A DNA stretch of 63,474 nt, the filler included, from Octopus bimaculoides (Eukaryota): the NCBI RefSeq assembly GCF_001194135.2. It is 5 parts of 5 records of this genome, joined end to end, with 100 filler letters (N's around TTAATTAATTAA, not from the genome) between each part and the next. Parts side by side here need not be neighbours in the genome. Positions count along the whole stretch, not along the records: positions 26,551 to 38,993 come from NC_068985.1; positions 39,094 to 47,488 come from NC_069008.1; positions 47,589 to 63,474 come from NC_068990.1; 2 more parts are not named here. One strand, written 5' to 3'. The notes under the pieces were generated by a model that saw nothing but the letters and a program-made list of their open reading frames with translations, was not told the origin of the DNA and did not search any database. The translations under genes and the position numbers were made by a program. The number at the start of each line of letters is the position of its first letter. Position 1 is the stretch's first letter. This document shows positions 36,781-48,286 of this stretch, one piece after another.

Positions 36781-37324
36781 CTTTTGCTAATGGCTTTAAC
36801 GTCTTTGCTTGGTGTGTTGATGTCTTTATTGGTAGGGCTGGTTGATGATTCTGGTGCTTGTAATGGATTTGTGATAATGATGTTGGTGTGAATGTCGTTG
36901 CAGTAGTGTTATGTGATTGGTATTCGCAGTAGTTGGGTATTGGTGAAGATAATGATCGGTGGAACATGCTATGATTTTGATTACTGCTAAATGCATTGAT
37001 GATGATGATGACGTTAATGGTGATGTTGGCAACAGTGAAAGCCTCGGTAGTGCTGGTGCTGGTGCTGATGATGAGGACTTTGATCAAGGATTGGCAAACT
37101 ACTAATATCATTGACCTCCATCATATATATATTTCTAGAATGAAATTAAGAAGCATAACTGATTAAAATATATTCTTCATTTACAAATAATAATGTCTTC
37201 GTTCTTTGCACCGTTACAACAATTTAGCAAGGACTAGTTTAAAGAAATTTAATGAAAACACAGAACGGATTTAGTAAAGTATAATAAAAATTTAGTGATA
37301 TTATATTGCTTAAGAATGGTTAAT

Positions 37325-37705
37325 GAGGCGCAATGGCCCAGTGGTTAGGGCAGCAGACTCGCGGTCATAGTATCGCGGTTTCGATTCCCAGACCAGGCGT
37401 TGTAAGTGTTTATTGAGCGAAAACACCTAAAGCTCCACGAGGCTCCGGCAGGGGATGGTGGCGAACCCTGCTGTACTCTTCCACCACAACCTTCTCTCAC
37501 TCTTACTTCCTGTTTCTGTTGTGCCTGTAATTCAAAGGGTCAGCCTTGTCACACTGCGTCACGCTGAATATCCCCGAGAACTACGTTAAAGGTACACGTG
37601 TCTGTGGAGTGCTCAGCCACTTGCACGTTAATTTCACGAGCAGGCTGTTCCGTTGATCGAATCAACTGGAACGCTCGTCGTCGTAAGCGACGGAGTGCCA
37701 ACAAC
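37325..37705 (+). mobile_element. SINE-C, full length
   Basis: gaggcgcaatggcccagtggttagggcagcagactcgcggtc...gtttcgattccc...gtaagcgacggagtgccaacaac. Confidence 0.9.
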
Positions 37706-38560
37706 AGAATAGTTAATGTGAAATGAGTCTGGTGCGTTGTATTTATGGCATTCATATTTGGCTGGAAATTAGTATGTTTTAGACTAATTTCTGTGCAATT
37801 TAATATTCAGTTCGCTAATAGCTCAACACCCTTAATGATCAAATCCTTTACAGGTGTTTATCCTCTTTGCATATCTTCATGGACACAGGGGTCAATATTT
37901 ACCATTTTGCTGATCCCTGATATTGAGAATGGAAGAGTTGGTAGCAGTATGATTGTAGTAATGGAGCTGGTGACGGTGATAGTGGCATAGGTTTTAATAT
38001 GCATTTGTTGGCGTCTACGATGGTAACATGTGTATACAGCAAAGGTTGTGATGGTGAAGTTGATGGTGGTGATTACATGTGGAATCTATTTAACTTAATA
38101 ACCCACACTATGTAAAGCAATCAATCAAGACTATGAACATACTAAACCTCATTTATATTCATAAGTCAACAGTAATGGTTATTATTATTGCACAAAAAGA
38201 ATCTAATTGCCAATGTCGTGGTTAGTCTGAGTTATAAGGAGGTTATAATGTGATTTACAGATAGGAGCGACTACTTTCGACCCCAAATTCGTTATCTAGG
38301 TGGTTATCTTAATCAAGATTAATAAAGAAGATCTCAAGTACTTGAAATTAATGTGTTTTTTTTTTTTCTTAAAGAAAATTTACAAGTTTCGGACTACTGA
38401 ATTAGTTAAGTTTGAAACAAATGATGTAGTTATTAGAAAAAATAGAGATTTTACTAAAAAAAGCAAAAACAAATAGAGTAGAATCTCTTGGTTTCACCAA
38501 AATATATAATAGTGTAGCAGAGTAGGAGCTAGTCAACAGGTTTGAAAAACGAGAATGATC

Positions 38561-38959
38561 GTTGAGCATGTTCCTCGGTAGCAGGTGATATGTGCATCTC
38601 TGATCACGAGCAGAAGTAGTGGGGCATCAACATAGCCATGTGTTGAGAGGAATTCTTTGCGGTTTGGATAATTCTCCTTTGGAAATATGGGTGTTTCGTT
38701 CAACATCCTTAAAGAACCCTTATTCAGGGGCCTTTTGAGCGGGATGGGCTACTCGATCTGAAGAAAATTCTAACTGGGTCCCATCTGCAAGGTCATGTGC
38801 TGTTTATCTTGATATAATATCACCATGTTGCGCACATATGGTTGTGATGCATATACTTGGTGTACCCTTATCAGACGGGTAGTCATGGTGGGTATACTGG
38901 GCTTCGTGTATTTTATCCCAGTATTACTTTGATAGTATGCACGGTTCTCTCACTCAATA
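38561..38959 (+). mobile_element. Interspersed retroelement family with TAA-type tail (3' 400 bp)
   Basis: Homologous to the reverse-strand copies at 61565-62103, 42274-42470 and about 41955-42010; ends ctctcactcaata. Confidence 0.8.
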
Positions 38960-39093
38960 GTGATTTATTTCCTTTGTTTTAAAGTGAACACTTNNNNNNN
39001 NNNNNNNNNNNNNNNNNNNNNNNNNNNNNNNNNNNNNTTAATTAATTAANNNNNNNNNNNNNNNNNNNNNNNNNNNNNNNNNNNNNNNNNNNN

Positions 39094-39154
39094 GGGCTAC
39101 TAACCCCAAGATTCCGAGTTCGATTCCAGGCAGTGACCTGAATAATAATAATAA

Positions 39155-39213
<59 letters not shown>

Positions 39214-39400
39214 CAACATTGAAAAATACCTTAGGAATGAGAACCCAGGTTCAAAATTTCCCCAAGACACCTGATTAAGGCTGGAGAATATATCAGCTGA
39301 CACATTGTGTTAACAACAAACAAGATGAGGACACATATCTGTCAAATGTAAATAATGTAAATAATGTGCATAATTCCTCATTTCTTAAATATAGAACTGC
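39094..39400 (+). mobile_element. Composite element: tRNA-like head + (TAA)n + hammerhead-like tail
   Basis: Anticodon-like hairpin ggg-ctactaa-ccc, B box gttcgattcc (39118-39127), TAA tract, HHR-like motif at 39266-39311, and terminal tgtaaataa x2. Confidence 0.6.
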
Positions 39401-39644
39401 AAGAGTGCATTTTATACCAAAAAGCCAATATGAGAGTTTCTTTCATGGCATCTACTGCAGTATAGCTTGTTCTAACAGAACATCCATGTTTAAGTGGAGA
39501 TTTTGGTATTAATACTACCTCTGTTGCTAATCTATATTGTGTGGTATGCATTATTTTTATTTTGTTGATTAAGTTTTCCCTGTGTTTCCCCACCATAACC
39601 ATATCTCCAAAGTGTAAATCCAACACAGATGATGATGATGTATA

Positions 39645-41090
39645 CAAAAGGAAAAGGAATACAATTACAAGTTAAATTGAAGTAGCAATAATGGAGCAAT
39701 CTAAGAGAGGTGAAATACCAGTGAACCTTGGGAAAGCATTAGGGAACAGTCGGTCAAAGATCAGGGTGATTTTAAAGGATAAAGTTAGAATACTAGAGCA
39801 TGTAAAAGGCTCTTTCCTATTGAATGCTTCAATCATCACTAATCAATGTGATTGTTTAATTAGTCAAATGGAAAGGCTATTTGTAGATCAGAGTCAATGT
39901 AATATGCTTATTAACTTTGGTTTAGTGGAACAAAATGTTCAGCCTTTTCAATGATGCAAAAGCTGCATTTCCAGTAAGTGAGGAAGAATTTGTTAAAAAT
40001 TAGATTTGGTTCAATGGTTTTAGAGGAAGACACATTTATACAGTATTAAAGTGTAAACTGAAACAATAAGTGTTTTGCTTTGGTCAGGCAAGTGTTGCAA
40101 GTGACTTTCCTGTGGTGTTTGACAAAATTATTCCAAAAGAATAAGTGCAGGTGTGGCTGTGTAGTAAGAAACTTGCTTCCCAACCACCTGGTTCCAGGTT
40201 CAGCCCCACTGCATGACACCTTGGGCAAGTGTCTTCTACTATAGCCTTGACCAAAGCTTTGTGAGTGGATTTGATAGGCAGAAACTGAGAGAAGCACGCT
40301 GTGTGTGTGTGCACATGCATGTGTGTGTGTGCGTCTCTGTTTGTCCCCCCACCACCACTTGACAATTGGTGTTGGTGTATTTTCATCTCCATAAGTTAGC
40401 AGTTTGGCAAAAAGAGACCAATAAAATAAATGGCAGGCTTAAAAAAAAAAAAATCCTGGTGTCAATTTGTTCTACTAAAACCCTTCAAGGTGGTGCCCAA
40501 GGATGGCTACAGTCAAATGACTGAAGCAAGTAAAAGACAAAAGATAAAGAAAATTATTTGCCTGAGCAAATATTTAAAATAGACAAGACTGGTTCGTTCT
40601 GAGAAAAATGATGGCATTTGAGGAGAATCCAAGGAAGTGTTGGTTGATGCCTTCTCTTTCATTGAACCATGGGAAGGCAGAGTTAAAGGGATAAGATCCT
40701 AATGCAATAAGGTTCCCCAATGTTTACCAGACTGCTACCAAAGTTCTTAGAGGCTACAAGGCTGTGAGAGAGTTTCCTGAAATGTTGGAAACATTTATTC
40801 AAGAAGACGAGAAAACTATTTACTACAGCAAATATTTAATGCAGGTAAGATTGGTTTATCTTGGGGAAAAAATTAAGGTATTTTGAGGAAACAGGCCAGG
40901 GCTTAGAGATGCTACTGGCAAACCAGCTTTTGTGTTTTGTCTCATTGAAGAATGCTTTTATGCAAAGTTACAGAAGTAAGATTCTGATACAGAGAGGCTT
41001 GCTTAAATTTCTGATAGTCTCAACTGCTACAAGGTCAATTATTACAAGAATAAGAAGAGTTCATTTAAACCCTTTCTAGATATTTACTTC
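39645..41090 (+). mobile_element. pogo/Tigger transposase relics (interrupted and partly duplicated)
   Basis: KRKRNTIT...GEIPVNLGKALG.SRSKIRVILKDK (CENP-B-type HTH), EEEFV...WFNGFRGRH, NYLPEQIFKIDKTG, a second NYLLQQIFNAGKIGLSWGKK, and a C-terminal FLDIYFKK. Confidence 0.7.
40143..40545 (+). mobile_element. SINE-A inserted in the pogo relic
   Basis: Full SINE-A architecture; it separates ...KIIPK from ENYLPEQIF. Confidence 0.85.
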
Positions 41091-41424
41091 AAGAAGTTGT
41101 CTCCAGAAGTAAATAGCGAACCATACAATCACATCTTTATTCTTCATTATTACCCTTTATTCTCAACATCAGACCCATCTTCTCAAACACCAGTCACTTA
41201 GCTTCAAACGAAGCCATCTCACCATCTCCTTTTCTCACATCTTCCTATTAATGTCATCTTAATTGTTAATCCCTTCTGATATGCAATGAGAGGAAGACTT
41301 AACCTTTAATCATACCTTTTAAGCCAAGGCTCTTTAAGAAGCATTAATTTGGTTCAGGATTAATTTTGCAAGATTCTTATAAAGTGTTTCTTTATTAATT
41401 TTTATGCCTATGCACACACACACA

Positions 41425-41484
<60 letters not shown>

Positions 41485-42098
41485 ACTCCCCCTTTATTCA
41501 TTCTCTTTCTCCCCACCTCCACCCTCTCATAATAATAATCCTGCAGTTAACATTTATAATTATTATTATATTGAAAAAGTGAATTTCAGAATCATTAGAG
41601 AATCACATGAAGCACCATGTGGAAATTGTTCAAGCTCTTTACATGTTGATTTTATATCTTACAAGGGAAGCTTTGCCTTTCATTCTTCTCAGCTAATTAA
41701 AGTTTCACTTCAATAATAGTGTTACCGCAACACCTTCCTTGAAAGTTGCTGGCCTTGTACCTGAATTATTATTATTTTTATTGATGTTTTTTAATTCTCA
41801 GAGCTTTCAGTCTTACTTGCTCTTGTTTATCCTGCACGAGTGACAGCAACCTGTTGTTGGAGGTCTCACAGGGTCTCTTTGAGTAAATTATAAGCTTTGG
41901 TATCTGGATGTTAACTTATCATGGAAGACACTTAACACCCAAGCACCAATCTGTTGTTGTTAAAAAGTCCCTGAATAAGGGTTGTTTAAGGATGACGAAC
42001 AAAGCACTCGTATTAAATACCATTATTATCATTATTATCATTATTATCATTATTATTATTTGAGGGGTGTCCCACATGATCTATAATATGGGAGAAGT

Positions 42099-42272
42099 GT
42101 GTCTGCTTATGCTGATGATGTCACTATTATCATAGTGTCGAACCAAAGGAATACGGACCTAATTGGTGAAACACTACAGGAATATGAAGCGGTGACAGGA
42201 GCTAAAATTAAAGTGGAAAAGTCAGTGGGCTTGCAACTCAGCACCTGGAGAGGCAAGTCCATGCCTTCCAAC
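42099..42272 (+). mobile_element. L1/Tx1-like reverse transcriptase fragment
   Basis: SAYADDVTIII...IGETLQEYEAVTGAKIKVEKSVGLQLSTWRGK: the YADD motif plus the downstream SGAKIN..KS-type motif. Confidence 0.8.
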
Positions 42273-42273
42273 A

Positions 42274-42470
42274 TGCACATATCGTCAGCCACCAAGGGAC
42301 ATGCTCAACTGGTTAAGGTCAAACAACTGACAAGCAAATCTGTGGTATTAAACAGAATATTTGCTGTAGCCCATCTTTTATACCAAGACAAAACAATGTA
42401 CATGATGACACTGTCAATCAATTAAGATCAGAAGCCATGAGAGTCACTGCCTGGTACTGCATCCGGGCAT
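42274..42470 (-). mobile_element. 5' portion of the 38561/61565 family
   Basis: Colinear with 61926-62103. Confidence 0.85.
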
Positions 42471-42612
42471 TTTATTATTATTATTTAAAAGGCAGTGAGC
42501 TGGCAAAATTGTTACAACAGCAGGTGAAATGTTTTGTNNNNNNNNNNNNNNNNNNNNNNNNNNNNNNNNNNNNNNNNNNNNNNNNNNNNNNNNNNNNNNN
42601 NNNNNNNNNNNN

Positions 42613-42648
<36 letters not shown>

Positions 42649-43225
42649 CTTTTAATCTGCATGTTTGTTACAGTCACTTGCTGAGACACAATCAGGGTCT
42701 TAGGGCAAGTGAAGGCTAAGAGGTGTTAGAGTATGACTGAAAGCTTGAGGAGGGCAAGTGGCAGGGGCAGCAGCGAGATATTTTCATGTAATACAACACA
42801 GACATTTAAATTGATAGGGTTTTTCTAAGGATGTGGGCAGTACTTGTCAGCACAATCTTTTGAATTTTTCTGAGACATGGTTCTCCTGGGATCTTATCTA
42901 GACATTTCTGACATCCCTTTCTTATCATACCAAGGGCACCCACAATACCAGGAACAGTTCTTGCTTTAAGCTGCCACATTTTTTGTATTTCAATGTCCAG
43001 GTCCTTATATTTACTTAATTTGTCAAATTCCTTTACAGATATATTTTTATCAGTGGTAACACTTACATCTATTAGTCTACAAGTATTTTCTTCCCTATCC
43101 TTAATGACTATGTCTGGTCAATTAGTCTGAATCATTCTGTTGGTGTTTACTGGAAAATTCCAGACGATAGTGACATTTTTACCTTCAACGACTGACTCAA
43201 GATGATGTCCAAACCAGTAAGCAGG
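42613..43225 (-). mobile_element. R4/Dong-type RLE domain + 3' UTR between two (TAA)n tracts
   Basis: About 130 codons with one stop: VTIVWNFPVNTNRMIQTN*PDIVIKDREENTCRLIDVSVTTDKNISVKEFDKLSKYKDLDIEIQKMWQLKARTVPGIVGALG...IQKIVLTSTAHILRKTLSI*. Confidence 0.9.
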
Positions 43226-43237
43226 AGTGCTGATTTT

Positions 43238-43300
<63 letters not shown>

Positions 43301-43754
43301 GGGGTTGATGTAATCGACTAGTACCCTACCCCAGAATTTCAGGCCTTGTGCCTTTAGTAGAAAGGATTATTATTATTATTATAATTAAGGTGGAGAGCTA
43401 GTAGGATCATTAGCATGCCAGATGAAGTGCTGCTAAGATTTGGTAGCTATTTCTATCAAGTCTAGTTAGCATATAGGAGTCTCTTTTGTTAACTCTTACA
43501 TACATACGTACATACATACATACATACATACATAAAACATTAGGATATAACTTCAGGTAGAGTTAGCTGTTGTTTCTATCAGAACTAGTTACTATGTAGG
43601 GATCTCTCCATTGGCTGATATATACATACATATAGATGACACTAGAATGTATGTTCTGAGTTCAGATTCCACTGAGGCCGACTTTGACTTTCGTTCCTTC
43701 AGGGGTCAATAGCTACCAAGTGATAACCAGTAATCTAGGGCAGGCATGTAGCGT

Positions 43755-44410
43755 AATGTTATTGTTCAACACAGATACAACAGGTATTGTTTCTGTCTTC
43801 AGTGCCATATCTGCTTTATTTCAGTTTCCAGGCTTCTATATTTGACATGTTTATCTTATTACTTGGCAGGTATATTGGTGTCGTCTTTACAGGTAGGCAG
43901 GTTTTGCTTTTAGCATCTTTATAATAATATCTGAGCAGTTGGCATTAACTGTGCAATCAATATACACTGTAAAGTCCCAAAGGATGATCATATCATTACT
44001 TTCATTTGCAAGTTCAGGTTGGAGTTCATACCAGCTTCTCACATGTTCAGCACTGAGGTTTTTAAACAAAATTTTGCAAATGTATTAGCTAACCCTGCTG
44101 TGTGTAGCTTTATAGTCAAATGGAGCCAGGGTTGCGTATCTAGACACTATATAGTTTATTGTTTCATCATGGGCATTACAAACTCTGCACTTACGATCTG
44201 TTCCTTTTTTTTTGAGGATGTTAGCTTGATAATTTTTTGTGTAAAGGCTCTGGTCCTGGACTGTAAAAATGAATTTCTTTGTTTCTGCCTTCAACTTTGA
44301 ACTTTGCAGCCCATGATGCGTTTGTGATTGGCTTACATCAGCTTCATGGAGGCAGAGTGGGTATTGGCCATGGAGAGATTTTTTTTCTGCTGAGAGTGAC
44401 TTTGTCATTT
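43755..44410 (-). mobile_element. R4/Dong-type relic: zinc-knuckle region + RLE start
   Basis: LHGQYP...LKAETKKFIFTVQDQSLYTKNYQANIL...KCRVCNAHDETINYIV, then WYELQPE...ILWDFTV...ANCSDIIIK, then KYRSLETEIKQIW.LKTETIPVV (frameshifted). Confidence 0.85.
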
Positions 44411-44558
44411 ATCTTGTTGAAGTCAATTAAATAAAGGACCATTCAAGTACTGGCGTTAATGTGATTGACTCATTCTCTCTCTCCTCTCAAATTTACTGGC
44501 CTTCTACCTAAATTAGAAACCATTGTTATTGTTATTGTTGTTGTTGTTATAATTAAAA

Positions 44559-44795
44559 CAGATGGCTTAGTGATTAGTATGTTGGACTCATGATCATAAG
44601 ATTGTGGTTTCAATTCCTGGACTGAGCAATGCTTTGTGTTCTTGAGCAAAACACTTCATTTCACGTTGCTCCAGTCCACTCAGCTGGTAAAAATGTGTAA
44701 CCCTGTGATGGAGCAGCATCCCATCCAGGGCCAATCCATGCAACATGGTAATTGGGAAACTGGCCCTATGAGTCCATATGACTCAAGAATATCTA
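44559..44795 (+). mobile_element. tRNA-headed SINE (related to 22505-22778)
   Basis: tggcttagtgattag (A box), ggtttcaattcc (B box), gtgttcttgagcaaaacacttcatttcacgttgctccagtccactcagctgg. Confidence 0.75.
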
Positions 44796-44816
44796 TTTTT
44801 TTATTATCTTATCAGA

Positions 44817-45335
44817 ACAGCAAAGTTGGTAGAATTGTTCATGTAGCGAACAACATGTTTAGCAGTATTTCTTCCAAATCTTTACATTTCAAGTTCAAAT
44901 TCTACCAAGATTGACCTTAACTTTCATCTTTTTGTGGGTTGATGTTATAATAGATAAAAATGAAAATAAAAATCTATAAAGAAAAGTACCAGGATTGATG
45001 TAACCAGCTCACACCCTCCCTTCAGAATTGCTGGTCTTGCATCCAAATTGGCACAAAATATTAATATTGGTTTCAGATTTTGGCATGGCCAGCAGTTTTG
45101 GAAGGAAGGGCTCTGGTATGAATTATTTATACTGGTTTCAAATTTTGGCACACAGCCAGCAATTTTTGGGGAAGGGCTAAGTTGATTATATGGACCCCAG
45201 TGTTCAACTTGTACTTATATGCCATAAAACTAAAACCCCAGCTGAATTTGAACCCACAATATAAATACAGACGAAATAGCACTAGGCATTTTACCCTATG
45301 TACTAACAATTTTGCTAGCTCACCACCCTATGAAT
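44817..45335. mobile_element. Tail-to-tail SINE-B pair (+ 44817-45070; - 45070-45335)
   Basis: Both carry the SINE-B gttcaaattc core and tail in opposite orientation. The minus copy has a duplicated tail. Confidence 0.7.
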
Positions 45336-45826
45336 CATTAATGTTATTACTATATAAGTGTTGGCTTAAGTTTTGTAAGATGTATATAATATGCTACAAT
45401 AAATATTTTTTCAACACTGAGTATCAACTATACATAACTATTGGGACTAACATACAATCCCACCATGTGTTTATATGTATGTTAGCATGTGAATGTGTGT
45501 GCATGTTTGTTTGTGTATACAAATATGCTAAGCTATTCCTTTTCCCCCATCCTCTTTAAGCTTGAGTCCCATATGGGTGCTATTTCTTATGTGCACTTTT
45601 TTTTCTGGTGCTCCTTCTGATACACTTCCACCACCTTAGTGATGAGGCACCGAAGAGGCAACTTACACAGAATGGAAACTGGAGAGTTAAACAAACCATA
45701 GAAGCTGCCTAAGTAAACTGCTCTATGTGACTGCTGAAGACTTCTTCTCTGGATTGTTATTTATTTAACCTGTTGTGTTTATGCATGTATGTTTGCATAC
45801 ATCTGTCATCTAAAGATATATATATT

Positions 45827-46205
45827 ACAGGTGTGTTTGTGTGGTAAAATGTTTGCTTTCCAACTACATACCTTCGAGTTCAATCCCACTGTGTGGAACC
45901 TTGGGCAAATGTCTTCTACTATGACCTTGGGTCAACCAAAGTCTTGTGATTGGATTTGGTAGACAGATACTGAAAGAAGTACATCATGAGTGAGTGTGTG
46001 CATATGTGTCATTGTGTCAGCATTAGTTCCCACCACTGTTTGACAACCAGTGTTGGTGTGTTTATGTCTACATAACTTAGTGGTTTGGCAAAACAGACTG
46101 ATGAAATAAGAACCAGGCTTAAACCAACAGAGATTGATTCATTTGACTGCATATTCTTCAAGGTAGTGCTCCAGCATGTCACAATTGACTGAATCAAATA
46201 ACAGA
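45827..46205 (+). mobile_element. SINE-A
   Basis: Full architecture, as at 5202. Confidence 0.85.
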
Positions 46206-46214
46206 CGAAAGAAA

Positions 46215-46620
46215 GGTATACACAACAGTGTTTTCAGAAGTCAGTTTCACCGGGATGGGTGGGTCTTGAGAACCTTGCTTTACCAGATATCTCAGTCCTT
46301 TGTTACTTTTTCTGTGAGACTCAGTGTCCTGAGATCAGTCTTGATCACTTCATCCCATGTGTCCCCAGGTCTTCTTTGTCTACAAGTTCCAGCCACATTT
46401 AGTGATCGTCAGTTCTTTATACAGCTTTCCTCATCCATACGCATCACATGTCAGGACCAGTCTCCTTTCTTGCACACTACATCTGATACACCTTATGCCC
46501 AGATTTTCTATCAGCACATTTATACGGTCATTTGTACAAACATACAATGTGCAACCATCAGAACATGTTCACCTCATTTCTTTCAAGTCTTCTGAAAATC
46601 TTCTGCATTCAAGAACTATG
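46215..46620 (-). mobile_element. RTE-clade ORF C-terminal relic
   Basis: RRLERNEVNMF*W..., frameshifted RLVLTCDAYG*GK ~ RLRWYGHV-type region, and CRQRRPGDTWDEVIKTDL ~ GRPRKTW. Confidence 0.7.
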
Positions 46621-46674
46621 TCTTACTAACACGCAATGCACATTTATTTGGTTGTTTGACTATCTGTCTGTCTG

Positions 46675-46709
<35 letters not shown>

Positions 46710-47039
46710 CTCTATCTATATGTCTATCTCTATCTACCTTATCTATCTTTCTATCTATGTGTGTGTGTGTGTATACACACATACATTCATACACATATGC
46801 ACTCACACACACACATATACACACATACATTCATACACATATGCACTCACACACACACACACACATACACACACATAGATGTGTGTGTGTGTGTGTGTGC
46901 ATGTCTTCTTACATATGTTTGTGAGTGTTTGTACATATATGTCTGTAAATGTATTTTCTCTCTTTAAATGAATTTTCTAACAAGTGAAGCAGAAAATTTT
47001 CTCATTATGATGTTAAAATGACCGGAAGGATGAGTCAGT

Positions 47040-47212
47040 GAGAGGGAATGAGATGAAGAGAAGAAAAGAGGGGAGGAGAAGGAGGGAGAAAGAAGAGTTG
47101 GAGGGATAAAGAATGAGAGAGGGGTAAGGAAAGGGGTAAGAGTGAAGTAGTGAGAGGCAGAGGGGGAGACAAAGAGAAAATGGGAAGGAGAAAAATAAAA
47201 AGAGAAATGTAT
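47040..47212 (+). repeat. Polypurine (GA-rich) low-complexity tract
   Basis: Almost exclusively A/G on the + strand. Confidence 0.8.
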
Positions 47213-48204
47213 AGTGAAAAAGTTCTTTTAATGGATTAGTGGTGGTGGTGGTTGTTGATGTTGTTGTTGCTGATTAGCCCCCAACTCAGCCTTGGTCAAG
47301 CAGACCAGTCATCAAAAGTAGTGAGAACCTAGAACCACATTCTCCAAAGTGGCTTTTTTTTTTTTTTTTGACAAAACATGTGATTTGATGAGGATTTAGC
47401 TCCTTTTTCTAGCAGTTCTACCTATGATAGTAACTACTGTCTCATTGTTTTTCTCTCTCTCTCTGTCTCTCTCTCTGTCTCTCTCTCTNNNNNNNNNNNN
47501 NNNNNNNNNNNNNNNNNNNNNNNNNNNNNNNNTTAATTAATTAANNNNNNNNNNNNNNNNNNNNNNNNNNNNNNNNNNNNNNNNNNNNCATATTTACGAA
47601 ACCGAAGTTTAGAGGATTAAAGACTCTCTCTCTTCTCTCTCCCTCTCCCTTCTCTCCCTCCCTCCCTCTCTCATTTAATATACATACATATACAGAGGCA
47701 TACATACATACATACATACATACATACATACATACATACATACATAGCAATGTGCTGGTATAATTGTGTGTTAAAGGAAGTTTGCTCTACAATCAGCTAA
47801 TACTGAGTTCAATCGAAACTTCCGCGTGAAAGCCTTCTGAGTAGGAGACGTCTTTCATGAGTTCGAACCTTTTATATTCGACATGATCTTTTGCCTTATA
47901 TTTCTGGGCAAAGTAACGAATAATTGTGCGCAGCATAAATTTTTGGTCGCACGTTCGAAGTAAATGTAGAACAGTTGCAGCGACAATTTCCTTAGAAATT
48001 TCTTCTTAGCGATGCAGTATCTCTTCTTTTCCACCCTACTGTTGAAAGCTTTGACAGATGTTTTATAAAAATCATGGTCTTTACTAGGGCAATTACAGCA
48101 TAAATTGAATAGCAAACACATATGAGGCATTGCCTCTAAGTTTTTCCTCCATGCTGAAATATATATATCTCAACATGTATTTCTAATCGGTATATCTTTA
48201 CTGC

Positions 48205-48286
48205 CTCTGAAGAGATTCATCTTATAATGATTTTAATTTTATAAATTAATGAGTTAAAAGTATCTGAATCGAAACAGCTGTCAGAG
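48205..48286 (+). ncRNA. Hammerhead-like motif with large helix-II loop
   Basis: CTGAAGA-gattca-(45 nt)-tgaatc-GAAAC-agct-GTC-agag. The core is intact with a perfect 6-bp helix II and the palindromic helix III ACAGCTGT; helix I is only 2 bp. Confidence 0.55.

Noticed and set aside
36826-37111. 137-aa ORF 36698-37111 as a full coding exon
   Set aside because: The upstream part is decayed ATC/ACC low-complexity sequence with no clear acceptor. Only the 3' end with ETS/E-box/donor is kept, as a regulatory candidate.
22984-37705. tRNA genes at SINE heads
   Set aside because: A/B boxes are present but there is no complete cloverleaf or acceptor stem, and the heads run into repeat bodies. They are SINEs, not tRNA genes.
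40835-40850. Perfect donor cag|gtaagat
   Set aside because: It lies inside the pogo relic (QIFNAGK codons) with no upstream exon evidence.
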